Source: an uncultured bacterium (GTDB lineage: Bacteria; Bacillota; Clostridia; Oscillospirales; CAG-272). From it: a stretch of DNA of 64,000 bases. The notes beneath the pieces were generated by a model that searched no databases, was not told the origin of the DNA, and saw nothing but the letters and a program-made list of their open reading frames with translations. Of the stretch, positions 55,796-64,000 are shown piece after piece. How positions within the stretch are numbered: position 1 is the first letter of the stretch; each line of letters opens with the position of its first letter. The DNA lies in the NCBI GenBank assembly GCA_949293405.1, contig CASFDI010000050.1:10323-74322 (forward strand), given 5' to 3'. Position numbers and translations under genes: made by a program.

Positions 55796-56293
55796 TTACT
55801 GATTGAAATAAGCGGCGAGCGCGGACCCGGAGCTCTGTGCATGACAGAGCGCGATGGCCAGCGCATCGGCGGTATCGTCGGGCTTGGGCGGTGCGGGCAG
55901 GCGCAGAATGGAAGTCACCATGCTGATCACCTGCCGTTTTTCCGCTTTCCCGTATCCGACCACCGCCTGCTTGACCTGCATCGGGGTGTATTCGTGAATT
56001 TCGAGCCCGGCCTGTCTGCCGCACAGCAGGATCACACCCCGCGCCTCTGCCACTGCAATACCGGTGGTCACATTGGTATTGAAAAACAGTTCCTCAATGG
56101 CCATGTGCTCCGGCCTGTATTTCTCAATAATGCGGTGCAGATCACGGTAGATGATCTCCAGCCGCGTCTCGACCGGCGTATGAGCGGGCGTGCGCAGGTC
56201 CCCGCAGGCAATCGGAACCACCTGCGAACCGCGTTTTTCCAGCACTCCCCACCCCACAATCGCGAGCCCGGGGTCAATTCCCAGAATAACCAT
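55796..56293 (-). CDS. ruvC: crossover junction endodeoxyribonuclease RuvC
   Basis: ILGIDPGLAIVGWGV (catalytic Asp), EELFFNTN and DAADALA-like DTADALAIA are present. The start is taken at MVILG (56293) because the longer starts lie at or above the predicted TSS. Confidence 0.9.
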   Translation of the reverse strand: MVILGIDPGLAIVGWGVLEKRGSQVVPIACGDLRTPAHTPVETRLEIIYRDLHRIIEKYRPEHMAIEELFFNTNVTTGIAVAEARGVILLCGRQAGLEIHEYTPMQVKQAVVGYGKAEKRQVISMVTSILRLPAPPKPDDTADALAIALCHAQSSGSALAAYFNQ

Positions 56294-56325
56294 TCCCGCC
56301 CTGCCTTTCCGCATAATCAAATCTT

Positions 56326-56354
56326 ATTATATCACATTTTTCTTTCACAGTAAA
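56326..56354 (-). promoter_or_regulatory. sigma-A promoter for ruvC
   Basis: The minus strand reads TTTACT, 17 nt, then TGaTATAAT. Confidence 0.5.
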
Positions 56355-56413
56355 GACTTTCCGCACCGAAAACGGCGAATGTCCCCGAAAAAGCGGAAAA
56401 TCCAAAATTCCGG

Positions 56414-56442
56414 TTTACTTCCACTCCGGATTATGGTATAAT
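56414..56442 (+). promoter_or_regulatory. sigma-A promoter for the yfhO operon leader
   Basis: TTTACT, 17 nt, then TGgTATAAT. The -10 ends about 200 nt upstream of the yfhO ATG. Confidence 0.5.
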
Positions 56443-56449
56443 AACCAAA

Positions 56450-56642
56450 GAACATCCGGATAAAACAGGATGAGGCGAGAAGGGACGGCGGATGCGGCAC
56501 AACACGGTTGCCGCATCCGCTCCCGTCCGGCTGAGAGAGGTGTTCCGCACACGGTCACCTCCTTATCACAGGCGCGGTAACATGCGCCGCTGCGCATGAG
56601 TCTCCCTGCGTTCCGCTATTCCAATTCGGAAAGGATACCGGT
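56450..56642 (+). promoter_or_regulatory. structured ~190-nt 5' leader of unassigned class
   Basis: There is a long hairpin at 56483..56528 with an 11-bp perfect inner stem. An anti-SD-like TCACCTCCTT lies at 56555..56564. Two mutually exclusive hairpins share 56584..56587. The SD is partly inside a TTCCG/CGGAA stem. Confidence 0.4.
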
Positions 56643-59303
56643 ATGAAAATCAGAACTGCAACGCATGCCCCCTCTCCGCTCCGCTTCCTGCTCCTCTGCG
56701 GACTGCTGCCCGCTCTGGCAGTGGTGTGCACCTATGTGCTCGCCGGACTGTTCCTGCGCGGCGACGGGTTGCCCCTGTTCGGGAACGCCGGACAAGCCTA
56801 TCTTGATCTGCTGACCAAAACCCACCTGCCCCTTTCCGAAGCAGGTTTTTCTTCGTTTTCTCCGCAGGACAGTATTTCCCTCTTCTTCCGTTCATACCGC
56901 AGCCCCTTCACCTGGCTGCTCCTGCTGTCGCCCGATGGCCTGCTCCCGGTCGCGCTGACACTGGTCGCCGCCCTGCGCGCCGCTGCCGCAGGCATCACCT
57001 TCGGCCTTCTTGCCCGGCAGATTTCTCCAGAGGCCCCGCTGCGCATCTGCGCCGCCACCTCTCTTCTGTATGCCACGGGCGCTTTCCCTACCCTGTTTGT
57101 GACCCGTCCCGATTTTGCGGACGCCTGGATTCTGCTTCCCTTGCTGGGAGTGGGGGTGTACAGAATCCTCGGGCAGCGTAAACCTGCGGCCCTGGCCCTG
57201 ACGCTGGGCGTCCTGTTCCTGCTCTGCCCGCAGATGGCCCTGCTGTCCCTGCCCTTTCTGGTGGTTGCCCTGCTCACCCTCTGCTTCCTCCGGCGGCCGC
57301 ATGACGGCGTCTATATGGTGCTGCTGTTTCTGATTGCCCTTCTGGTCGGCGCGCTGACCGGCATGGCGGCTCTGTTTTATCTGTGGAACACGCTCCGCAA
57401 CTGGTTTTCCGTCTCGGTCTCCGAGCAGACAGCCGTGCTGGATATACTGGTCAAACTGTTTGACGGCACTTATGACGGACTGAACACCCAGATCCGCCCC
57501 TATCTGGCAGTGGGTGTGCTGCCGCTGCTGACACTGCCGCTCTTTTTCGCCGCAAAGGCGATCCCCTTGCGCGTCAGAATCGGTGTTCTGCCTATGCTCG
57601 GGCTCTTTGCCGCCTCTCTTTTCTTCCGGGTATCGGATATCTTCCCCTACCCGCAGGCGGCGTTTTTCTCATTGTTGCTGGCTGCAATCACGGTATATGT
57701 TCTGCCCCGCCTGACGCAGGACGATCAGCGTATGCCCGTGCCGGCACTGGGCTTTGTGCTTGTACTGCTGATCGTATTGCAGAAACTGCCGTTTGAAACC
57801 GGGGCCGTGGGCTCCTCTCCGGTTTCTGATACTGCCACCGTCTGGCTTACCCTCTTCTGTGCGGTTGCACTGACCGGCGTTCTGCTCGGACTCTGCCGCA
57901 CACCCGAGATCTGCCGCCCGCAGAGGGGCGCGCTTGCCGTCCTGCTTGTGGCCGTGATTTTCGCCGAAAGCATCCTGTCATCCGCCGGATTGGTTTCCGC
58001 TGTAAAAAAGGACGGCGGTCTGCCGGAGCGTTCCGCATATGCGGACAGCATCGACACAACAGAAAAAACAGTCGGCTTTCTTGCGCAGGACGGTTCCTTC
58101 TACCGGGTTGAGCGGCTGGAAGGTGCGTCCTCGGCAGCATCCGCTCTTCTGCCGGAGTTGTCGGGAGAAACCACGCATGCCGATCTGCTTGCGGCCTGCG
58201 GTCTCGGCTATGTCCGGGACGGCTCATTCGTCTATACGCCTTCCTTCCTGGGAGCAGACACCCTGTTCGGCCTGCAATACCTGATTCTGGAAACGCCCGA
58301 TGAGGAAGAAGGAGAGGAAGCACCGCTGCTGCCCTCCGCATACACCCTGGTCTATGAAGACGAGTATTACACTGTATATGAAAATCCGTACGCGCTGCCG
58401 GCGCTCACGGTGCTGCAGCAGGACATCGTCTCGGTGGAGTCGGCGCAGGCGCCGCTGATTCTGAACGCCTATTACCGAGCCCTCACAGGAGAAGACGCCT
58501 ACACGCCGATGAGCGCCCGGGTGGTGGGCAACTACTGTCAGACACCGCTGGAATATGAAGGGCACTACCTGTACCGCGCCACTTCCTCCACCTATCAGTC
58601 GGTAGCAGCGGTGCGCGTCGAGTTTGTGGCAGATGCGGAAACCGAGGACTATTACCTTGCTCTGTCGTCCGCATTCCCGAGAAATGCCGTTGTTTTTGTG
58701 GACAATATTCCGGTTTCGGAAATATTCCGCAACCAGCCCGACCCCGCCAACACGACTGCCCTGCAGACCCCGGTCAGCGACTGTGTCTGCCTCGGTTCCT
58801 TCCGCAACGGACAGCGTGTCCGGGTGGACATCCTGTTCGGGAACACCAGTTCGGACGACATGTTCTATCTGAACGCAAGCGAGGAGACGCTGATTTTCAG
58901 ACAGAATTCTGCCGTGTTGGCACAGGCGAAAGAGAGTGCGGACCGTCAGGTCACCTCCTGCACGCTCACGACAGGGGCACTCGACATCCGTCTGACCGGA
59001 CTTGAGCAGGAAACCGCCCTGCTGCTTTCCCTGCCCTATCAGGCAGGTTACCGGATCCGTGCCAACGGTGTGGAAATCACCTGTTCCGAAGCGGCAGGCG
59101 GTCTTGTGGCCCTGACGGTTCCCGCCGGAACCGAACAGATCACCGTATCACTGCCGGGAGACCTGAGCGGACTCTGGTTCTCCCTGAGCGGGCTGCTGTT
59201 TGCTGCGGTGCTATTCTTCTGGGAACGGCGGTTGCGCGAGGACGGCAAGGAACATGCAAGCGTCGTCGAAATTTCCCTCCCGGGCGAGGGAAACAATCCG
59301 TAA
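56643..59303 (+). CDS. YfhO family polytopic membrane protein (divergent paralog)
   Basis: 886 aa with many TM helices, a large C-terminal extracytoplasmic region and a terminal TM. It shares the Y(E/Y)NPYALP motif with the downstream paralog. Confidence 0.65.
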   Translation: MKIRTATHAPSPLRFLLLCGLLPALAVVCTYVLAGLFLRGDGLPLFGNAGQAYLDLLTKTHLPLSEAGFSSFSPQDSISLFFRSYRSPFTWLLLLSPDGLLPVALTLVAALRAAAAGITFGLLARQISPEAPLRICAATSLLYATGAFPTLFVTRPDFADAWILLPLLGVGVYRILGQRKPAALALTLGVLFLLCPQMALLSLPFLVVALLTLCFLRRPHDGVYMVLLFLIALLVGALTGMAALFYLWNTLRNWFSVSVSEQTAVLDILVKLFDGTYDGLNTQIRPYLAVGVLPLLTLPLFFAAKAIPLRVRIGVLPMLGLFAASLFFRVSDIFPYPQAAFFSLLLAAITVYVLPRLTQDDQRMPVPALGFVLVLLIVLQKLPFETGAVGSSPVSDTATVWLTLFCAVALTGVLLGLCRTPEICRPQRGALAVLLVAVIFAESILSSAGLVSAVKKDGGLPERSAYADSIDTTEKTVGFLAQDGSFYRVERLEGASSAASALLPELSGETTHADLLAACGLGYVRDGSFVYTPSFLGADTLFGLQYLILETPDEEEGEEAPLLPSAYTLVYEDEYYTVYENPYALPALTVLQQDIVSVESAQAPLILNAYYRALTGEDAYTPMSARVVGNYCQTPLEYEGHYLYRATSSTYQSVAAVRVEFVADAETEDYYLALSSAFPRNAVVFVDNIPVSEIFRNQPDPANTTALQTPVSDCVCLGSFRNGQRVRVDILFGNTSSDDMFYLNASEETLIFRQNSAVLAQAKESADRQVTSCTLTTGALDIRLTGLEQETALLLSLPYQAGYRIRANGVEITCSEAAGGLVALTVPAGTEQITVSLPGDLSGLWFSLSGLLFAAVLFFWERRLREDGKEHASVVEISLPGEGNNP

Positions 59304-59317
59304 CGGAGGTAAGGCCA

Positions 59318-59518
59318 ATGATTATCCGGTTTCAGGTGGGAGATATTCTGGAACTGAAAAAACCGCATCCCTGCGGCGAAAGACGCATGCGTGTGATGCG
59401 TTCCGGCAGCGAAGTGCGGCTGATATGCCTGGGCTGCGGGCGTGACATGACCCTGGACCGGGTCAGACTGGAACGCGCCATCCGCCGTGTGTTGGCGGGA
59501 GAGGAGACTGCTCCATGA
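59318..59518 (+). CDS. DUF951 family small protein
   Basis: 66 aa. VGDILELKKPHPCG....M.V.R.G.EVRL.C.GCGR is typical of DUF951. A GGAGGT SD is present. There is an ATGA overlap with the next gene. Confidence 0.8.
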   Translation: MIIRFQVGDILELKKPHPCGERRMRVMRSGSEVRLICLGCGRDMTLDRVRLERAIRRVLAGEETAP

Positions 59519-62256
59519 CCGCCCTGAGAGTGACCTTAGCCAACCTTGGCGAGCGGTTCCGCCGTGCAACGCTGTTGCAGTGCTTTCTGCTCCCGGCGGT
59601 CGTGATGCTGCTCATTCATGCCTTCTACGGCGTGTATCCGTTCGGCTCCAATTCCGTTCTGGTGCTCGACCTCAACGGTCAGTATGTTTATTTTTTTGAA
59701 GCGCTGCGCTCGGTAGTGCACGGCGACGGCTCCCTGCTGTACGATTTCAGCCGCAGCATGGGCGGAGAGTTTATGGGCATCTATGCCTATTATCTGGCAA
59801 GCCCGCTCTCCTATCTGGTTGCCCTGTTCCCCGAAGCCAATATCCTGGAAGCGCTGTACCTGATGTTCGTGATCAAATGCGGGCTCTGCGGGCTCACCTT
59901 CGGCATCTTCCTGCGCAAATGCACGCCGGTCTCCCCCCGCACAACCGTCCTGTTTTCGCTGTGCTACGCCATCTGCGGCTACGGCATGATCATGCAGCAC
60001 AACACCATGTGGATCGACAACATGTACCTGTTGCCCCTGATCTGCCTGGGTATCCGTGAGCTGATCGTCAGACGGCGCTTCCTGCTGTATACCCTCTCGC
60101 TCTCCCTGGCAATTCTCTCCAACTTCTACATCGGTTATATGATGTGCATCTTCGTTCTGCTCTACTTTTTCGTCTGCTATTTCTCTATGACACCCACAGA
60201 GCGGAACCCCCGCGGACTGCGCTTTCACTTCCCGCGCACACTGGTCACCATCGGCGCCTTCTCCGCAATGGCGATCATGATCAGCGCGGTGATCACCATT
60301 CCGGCGTATTATGCCCTCCAGTTCGGCAAGACCACCTTCACGCAGACCACCTATGAGTTCATCTCCAAATTCGATCTGCTTGATTTCTGCACCATGTTTT
60401 TCGCCAACTCCTACGATACGGTGCGTCCCGAAGGACTGCCCATCGTATACTGCGGCGTGCTTACCATCCTGCTGGTGCCCTTCTATCTGGCGTCGCGTCA
60501 CTACAGTGCGCGCGAACGGTTTCTCACGCTTTTCCTGTGCGCGGTGTTGGTGTTCGGTTTTTCCATCAAGACTCTGGACCTGATCTGGCACGGTTTTCAG
60601 GCGCCCAACTGGCTCAATTACCGCTACAGTTTCATGCTCTGTTTTCTGCTCTGCGTTATGGCGGCAAAAGCCTTTGACTGTCTGTGCGATATCCGTCCGC
60701 GCGCTGTCGTCATGGTCGGCAGTGCAACCGTGCTGTTGCTGATTTTCGCGCAGTTTTTCGATCTGCGCAACTTTGACTCGGTGCAGCAGCTTTTGCCCAG
60801 CGTTCTGCTCCTGCTTATCTATATTGCGCTGCTCGCTTATACGGTCTCCCCGCATCCCAACCGCATTTTTTACGGCAAACGGGCCCTCGCGGTTCTGCTT
60901 GCCTGTGAAATCGCACTGATGGGCTTTTTCAATCTGCTCTGCCTGGATCTGGATGTGGTGGTCTCCTCGCGCAATTCCTTTCATTCGTTCAACAACCGCT
61001 ACCGCGATGCCGTTACACAGATCAAGGCATCCGATTCCGATTTTTACCGCATGGAAATCCTGCACCACGGGCGCGTCAACGACCCGTACGCTCTTCAGTA
61101 CAACGGTCTTTCGGGCTCCACCTCCACGCTGAACGCTTCCACTATTGCTTTCCTGTTCAATATGGGCGTGTCGGCCCGGTCCCACTGGAGCCAGTATTGC
61201 ACCTCCAACCCGGTCATGGATTCGCTGCTGGGACTGCGCTATATTCTGGATGAGTCCCGCTACGATCTGGTGAGTGATCTCTATCAGACGGTTTACGACA
61301 ACGGCGAAGTAGTGGGATATTACAATCCGTATGCCCTGCCGATTGCGTTTGCCGTGTCCGATCTGATCCTGGATCTTTCTTTCGCTGCGCCGGAGACCGA
61401 TGAAGAGGACAATGAGATTGATGACGGGCGCACCCACCGGGACGACCTGCTCTCTCCGGTTGACAAGATCGATGTCCTGCTCTCCTATATGACCGGCTCG
61501 GAAGAAGGAGTGGACCTGCTGGTCAACCTCCCTGCCGCAGAATGCCCGCGCAAATTGGTCAATGTAACGGCAGGCTACACCAGCACGCATATGTTTTACC
61601 GCGCTACCGACTCGACCGAAACAGCTTCGATCATCTACACTGCAACGGGCGACGGCGAACACGAACTGTACGCCTTTTTCCCGACTGATTATCAGCGCAC
61701 CTGTGAACTTTATATTGACGGAGAGTACCGGAGCAACTGGTTTGTCAATCACCAATACGGATATATTCCGCTGGGCGTGGTTCCGGACGGCCAGACGGTT
61801 GAAATCGAATTCCGCCTGACGGAAGAGGGCTCCTACAGCGCCTATATTGCGAAAACCGCTGACAGCGATACTTCCTATTTCTATTATCTCGATCAGGCTG
61901 CTTTCGGAGAACTGTTCGGAGAATTGGGCGACCGCGGCATTCAGCTGACCGAGCACAGTGACACGCATTTCCTGGGCACGCTGACCACCGACGAGGAGAA
62001 TCCCCTTGTTCTGACTACCATCCCCTTTGACCGCGGCTGGCATGTATATGTGGACGGGACAGAGGTGGAAGTCACCGAAACCGTGGATGCACTGCTGTCC
62101 TTCCGGGTGTCGCCCGGCACGCATACCGTGGAGATGAACTATATGCCCGACTGCTATGTACTGGCCGCAGGCATCTCGCTTGCGGGCGTCGTATTCCTGG
62201 CCGGGACAACAATTATTGTGACCGTGTGGCGCCGCAGACACAGAAAGTCGCTCTGA
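59515..62256 (+). CDS. YfhO family membrane glycosyltransferase-like protein
   Basis: 913 aa. The canonical YfhO N-terminus is present (YPFGSNSVLVLDLNGQYVYFFEAL, YDFSRSMGGEFMGIYAYYLASPL). The protein is polytopic. Confidence 0.8.
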   Translation: MTALRVTLANLGERFRRATLLQCFLLPAVVMLLIHAFYGVYPFGSNSVLVLDLNGQYVYFFEALRSVVHGDGSLLYDFSRSMGGEFMGIYAYYLASPLSYLVALFPEANILEALYLMFVIKCGLCGLTFGIFLRKCTPVSPRTTVLFSLCYAICGYGMIMQHNTMWIDNMYLLPLICLGIRELIVRRRFLLYTLSLSLAILSNFYIGYMMCIFVLLYFFVCYFSMTPTERNPRGLRFHFPRTLVTIGAFSAMAIMISAVITIPAYYALQFGKTTFTQTTYEFISKFDLLDFCTMFFANSYDTVRPEGLPIVYCGVLTILLVPFYLASRHYSARERFLTLFLCAVLVFGFSIKTLDLIWHGFQAPNWLNYRYSFMLCFLLCVMAAKAFDCLCDIRPRAVVMVGSATVLLLIFAQFFDLRNFDSVQQLLPSVLLLLIYIALLAYTVSPHPNRIFYGKRALAVLLACEIALMGFFNLLCLDLDVVVSSRNSFHSFNNRYRDAVTQIKASDSDFYRMEILHHGRVNDPYALQYNGLSGSTSTLNASTIAFLFNMGVSARSHWSQYCTSNPVMDSLLGLRYILDESRYDLVSDLYQTVYDNGEVVGYYNPYALPIAFAVSDLILDLSFAAPETDEEDNEIDDGRTHRDDLLSPVDKIDVLLSYMTGSEEGVDLLVNLPAAECPRKLVNVTAGYTSTHMFYRATDSTETASIIYTATGDGEHELYAFFPTDYQRTCELYIDGEYRSNWFVNHQYGYIPLGVVPDGQTVEIEFRLTEEGSYSAYIAKTADSDTSYFYYLDQAAFGELFGELGDRGIQLTEHSDTHFLGTLTTDEENPLVLTTIPFDRGWHVYVDGTEVEVTETVDALLSFRVSPGTHTVEMNYMPDCYVLAAGISLAGVVFLAGTTIIVTVWRRRHRKSL

Positions 62257-62423
62257 AAACCAGCACGGCCCCGGCAATGCCCATCCTGTATCGCAGAGCA
62301 GGCCGGATTGTGCATCAGCGGACACCGTCCGGGTGCAGGACTCATCCGTACAGTACAGAGCATCCGTACGGACTGCCATTCTGAGAAACCGCAAATACCA
62401 TCTCTATAACCAAGGAGAAACAC

Positions 62424-63038
62424 ATGTTTTATTATATCAACGGAACGCTTACCCATCGGGAAGCCTCCACGGCAGTACTGGACTGCGGAGGGGTAGGATA
62501 TAAACTGACCGTCAGTCTGTGCACCTCGGACGCCCTGGAAGGCCAGGACGGAAAGACGGTACGCCTCTACACCCATCTGGCGGTCCGGGAGGACGGTGTC
62601 GAGCTGTACGGATTCATCAGCGAGGAGGAGCTGAACGCGTTCCGCCTCCTGATCGGGGTTTCGGGCGTCGGACCGAAAGCGGCGATGGCGGTCCTTTCCC
62701 TGCTGACCCCGGACCGCTTTTTCCTGGCGGTATCGGGCGAGGATACGCGCACGCTGGCCAAGGCGTCCGGCGTGGGCGCGAAGACCGCGGCACGCATTGT
62801 ACTGGAACTGCGCGACAAGGTATCGGGCATCGCCTTCACACATCCTGCACCTGCTTCTGCCGGCACCGCACGGCAGACCGGCGCCGGTTCAGGCGGCAAG
62901 ATTTCGGAAGCAACTGATGCGCTGACGGTACTGGGATATGAGCGCAGCGACATTCTGGCAGCGCTGAAAGATCTGGATACCGCGCATCTTACGACAGAAG
63001 AAATCATCACCGCCGCACTGAAAAAATTTTCCCGTTAA
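62424..63038 (+). CDS. ruvA: Holliday junction branch migration complex subunit RuvA
   Basis: MFYYINGTL and HhH motifs (GVSGVGPKAAMAVLS, ASGVGAKTAARIVLEL) are present. Confidence 0.95.
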   Translation: MFYYINGTLTHREASTAVLDCGGVGYKLTVSLCTSDALEGQDGKTVRLYTHLAVREDGVELYGFISEEELNAFRLLIGVSGVGPKAAMAVLSLLTPDRFFLAVSGEDTRTLAKASGVGAKTAARIVLELRDKVSGIAFTHPAPASAGTARQTGAGSGGKISEATDALTVLGYERSDILAALKDLDTAHLTTEEIITAALKKFSR

Positions 63039-63047
63039 GGAGCCGTC

Positions 63048-64000
63048 ATGGAAACCGAATTCGATTTTGAAAACCGGATTGTATCAAGCGAACATACCCC
63101 TGCGGATGCAGATGTGGAACTCAGTCTGCGGCCAAAGGTGCTGGATGAATACATCGGTCAGAGCCGTACCAAGGAAAATCTGAAAATCTATATTGAGTCG
63201 GCACGGCGTCGCGGAGCGGCGCTGGACCATATCCTGCTTTACGGACCTCCCGGTCTCGGGAAAACTACCCTGTCCAACATCATCGCCAATGAAATGGGAG
63301 TCAATATCCGCACCACCTCCGGTCCCGCAATTGAAAAACAGGGCGATCTTGCCGCCATCCTGACCAATCTTTCGGAAGGGGATGTGCTGTTCATCGATGA
63401 GATTCACCGTCTGGCACATAACATTGAAGAAATTCTCTATCCCGCCATGGAAGACTATGCCCTGGACATCATCATCGGGAAAGGTCCCAGTGCGCGCAGT
63501 ATCCGCCTGCCGCTTCCCCATTTCACGCTGATCGGTGCGACGACACGCGCCGGACAGTTGACCACGCCTCTGCGCGACCGGTTCGGGGTCCTGATGAAAC
63601 TGGAGCTTTACACGAAGGAAGAGCTTGCCACCATCGTCACCCGCAGCGCATCCATTCTGGGGCTCCCCATCACCGAGGAAGGAGCACTTGAAATCGCCTC
63701 CCGTTCCCGTGGCACCCCCCGGATTGCCAATCGTCTGCTCAAGCGCATCCGCGATTATGCAGTAGTCAAGGGAGACGGCAATATTGATGTTGAAGTGGCA
63801 CGCATGGGACTGTCCATGCTGGAGATCGACCCGCTGGGTCTTGACAACACAGACAGACGGATGCTGCGCACCATCATCGATGTCTACGGCGGCGGCCCTG
63901 TAGGACTGGAAACCATTGCCGCCACCACGGGCGAAGAGGCCATCACTATTGAAGATGTCTACGAACCCTATCTGCTTCAGATCGGTTTTCTGAGCCGTAC
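63048..64000 (+). CDS. ruvB: Holliday junction branch migration DNA helicase RuvB (3' end cut by window edge)
   Basis: The ATG at 63048 follows [18 protein letters not shown], Walker A (GPPGLGKTT) and DEIHRL are present. The frame is open to position 64000. It is not in the ORF track because there is no stop. Confidence 0.95.
   Translation, partial: METEFDFENRIVSSEHTPADADVELSLRPKVLDEYIGQSRTKENLKIYIESARRRGAALDHILLYGPPGLGKTTLSNIIANEMGVNIRTTSGPAIEKQGDLAAILTNLSEGDVLFIDEIHRLAHNIEEILYPAMEDYALDIIIGKGPSARSIRLPLPHFTLIGATTRAGQLTTPLRDRFGVLMKLELYTKEELATIVTRSASILGLPITEEGALEIASRSRGTPRIANRLLKRIRDYAVVKGDGNIDVEVARMGLSMLEIDPLGLDNTDRRMLRTIIDVYGGGPVGLETIAATTGEEAITIEDVYEPYLLQIGFLSR

Noticed and set aside
56415-56597. 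A minus-strand small ORF in the yfhO leader with a perfect AAGGAGGTGA followed by GTG.
   Set aside because: No promoter is evident upstream on that strand. The ORF runs into the yfhO promoter, and the peptide has no recognisable features. The same bases read on the plus strand form the anti-SD-like arm of a leader hairpin, which I find the more economical explanation. It is not fully excluded, and Ribo-seq would settle it.
56483-56600. Possible TPP (CTGAGA box) or ykkC/guanidine-I (GTCCG..GAGAG, ACACGG) riboswitch in the yfhO leader.
   Set aside because: Only short fragments resemble those consensus sequences. The TPP pyrimidine-sensor helix (ACCTGATCTGGATAATGCCAGCG-like) and the ykkC 3' half (GGGA.AAAAGCCCGGGAGA-like) are absent. 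The downstream gene class does not fit either regulon.
1-64000. A window-wide search by eye for mobile elements, prophage, defence islands, CRISPR, tRNA/rRNA, tmRNA, RNase P, SRP RNA, hammerhead or glmS ribozymes, and group II introns.
   Set aside because: I found no integrase, transposase, reverse transcriptase or cas-like ORFs, no tRNA-like T-arm (GGTTCGAATCC-type), and no matches to the recalled conserved cores. The gene content is housekeeping and syntenic with typical Clostridia core regions. A cmscan/tRNAscan run is still needed to be definitive.

Overview
This window looks like high-GC chromosomal core from a spore-forming Clostridia-type Firmicute, based on yabP-yabQ, spoVB, the glgD-containing glycogen operon and the ispH-rpsA fusion. 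I can support about 50 protein genes. I saw no rRNA, tRNA, CRISPR array, transposase, integrase, phage gene or recognisable defence system.

Gene order:
- 1-2.8 kb: a truncated class V aminotransferase and a MATE exporter.
- 3-13.6 kb, minus strand: glgB-glgC-glgD-glgA-glgP-GH13 amylase-aroK.
- 13.9-18.7 kb, minus strand: spoVB, mazG, hup, yabO, yabP, yabQ and an orphan fumarate hydratase alpha subunit.
- 18.7-28.9 kb, minus strand: cdaA, a small ORF, an FAD protein, recJ, relA, dtd, hemZ and a uridine-kinase-like gene.
- 29-32 kb: a Crp/Fnr regulator with an ABC importer.
- Next: an orphan histidine kinase, then gltX-rpiR-flavoprotein-cmk::plsC-ispH::rpsA.
- Next: a marR plus two-gene ABC exporter cluster, a NUDIX gene, a pentapeptide-repeat protein with an M48 peptidase, a DMT transporter, DUF1294 and PBP1A.
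- Next: ecfA1-ecfA2-ecfT-truA, a methyltransferase and ruvC.
- Last: yfhO-DUF951-yfhO, then ruvA and partial ruvB.

I did not find a convincing novel multi-gene system. The most interesting signals are regulatory and architectural:
- Three sigma-E-type promoter candidates sit upstream of glgB, spoVB and yabP. One is nested in a terminator loop.
- A strongly signalled 62-codon membrane ORF replaces cdaR after cdaA.
- A structured ~190-nt leader precedes the yfhO-DUF951-yfhO operon.
- cmk and plsC are fused into one ORF.

All motif and consensus matches are from memory and by eye. None has been checked by database search.
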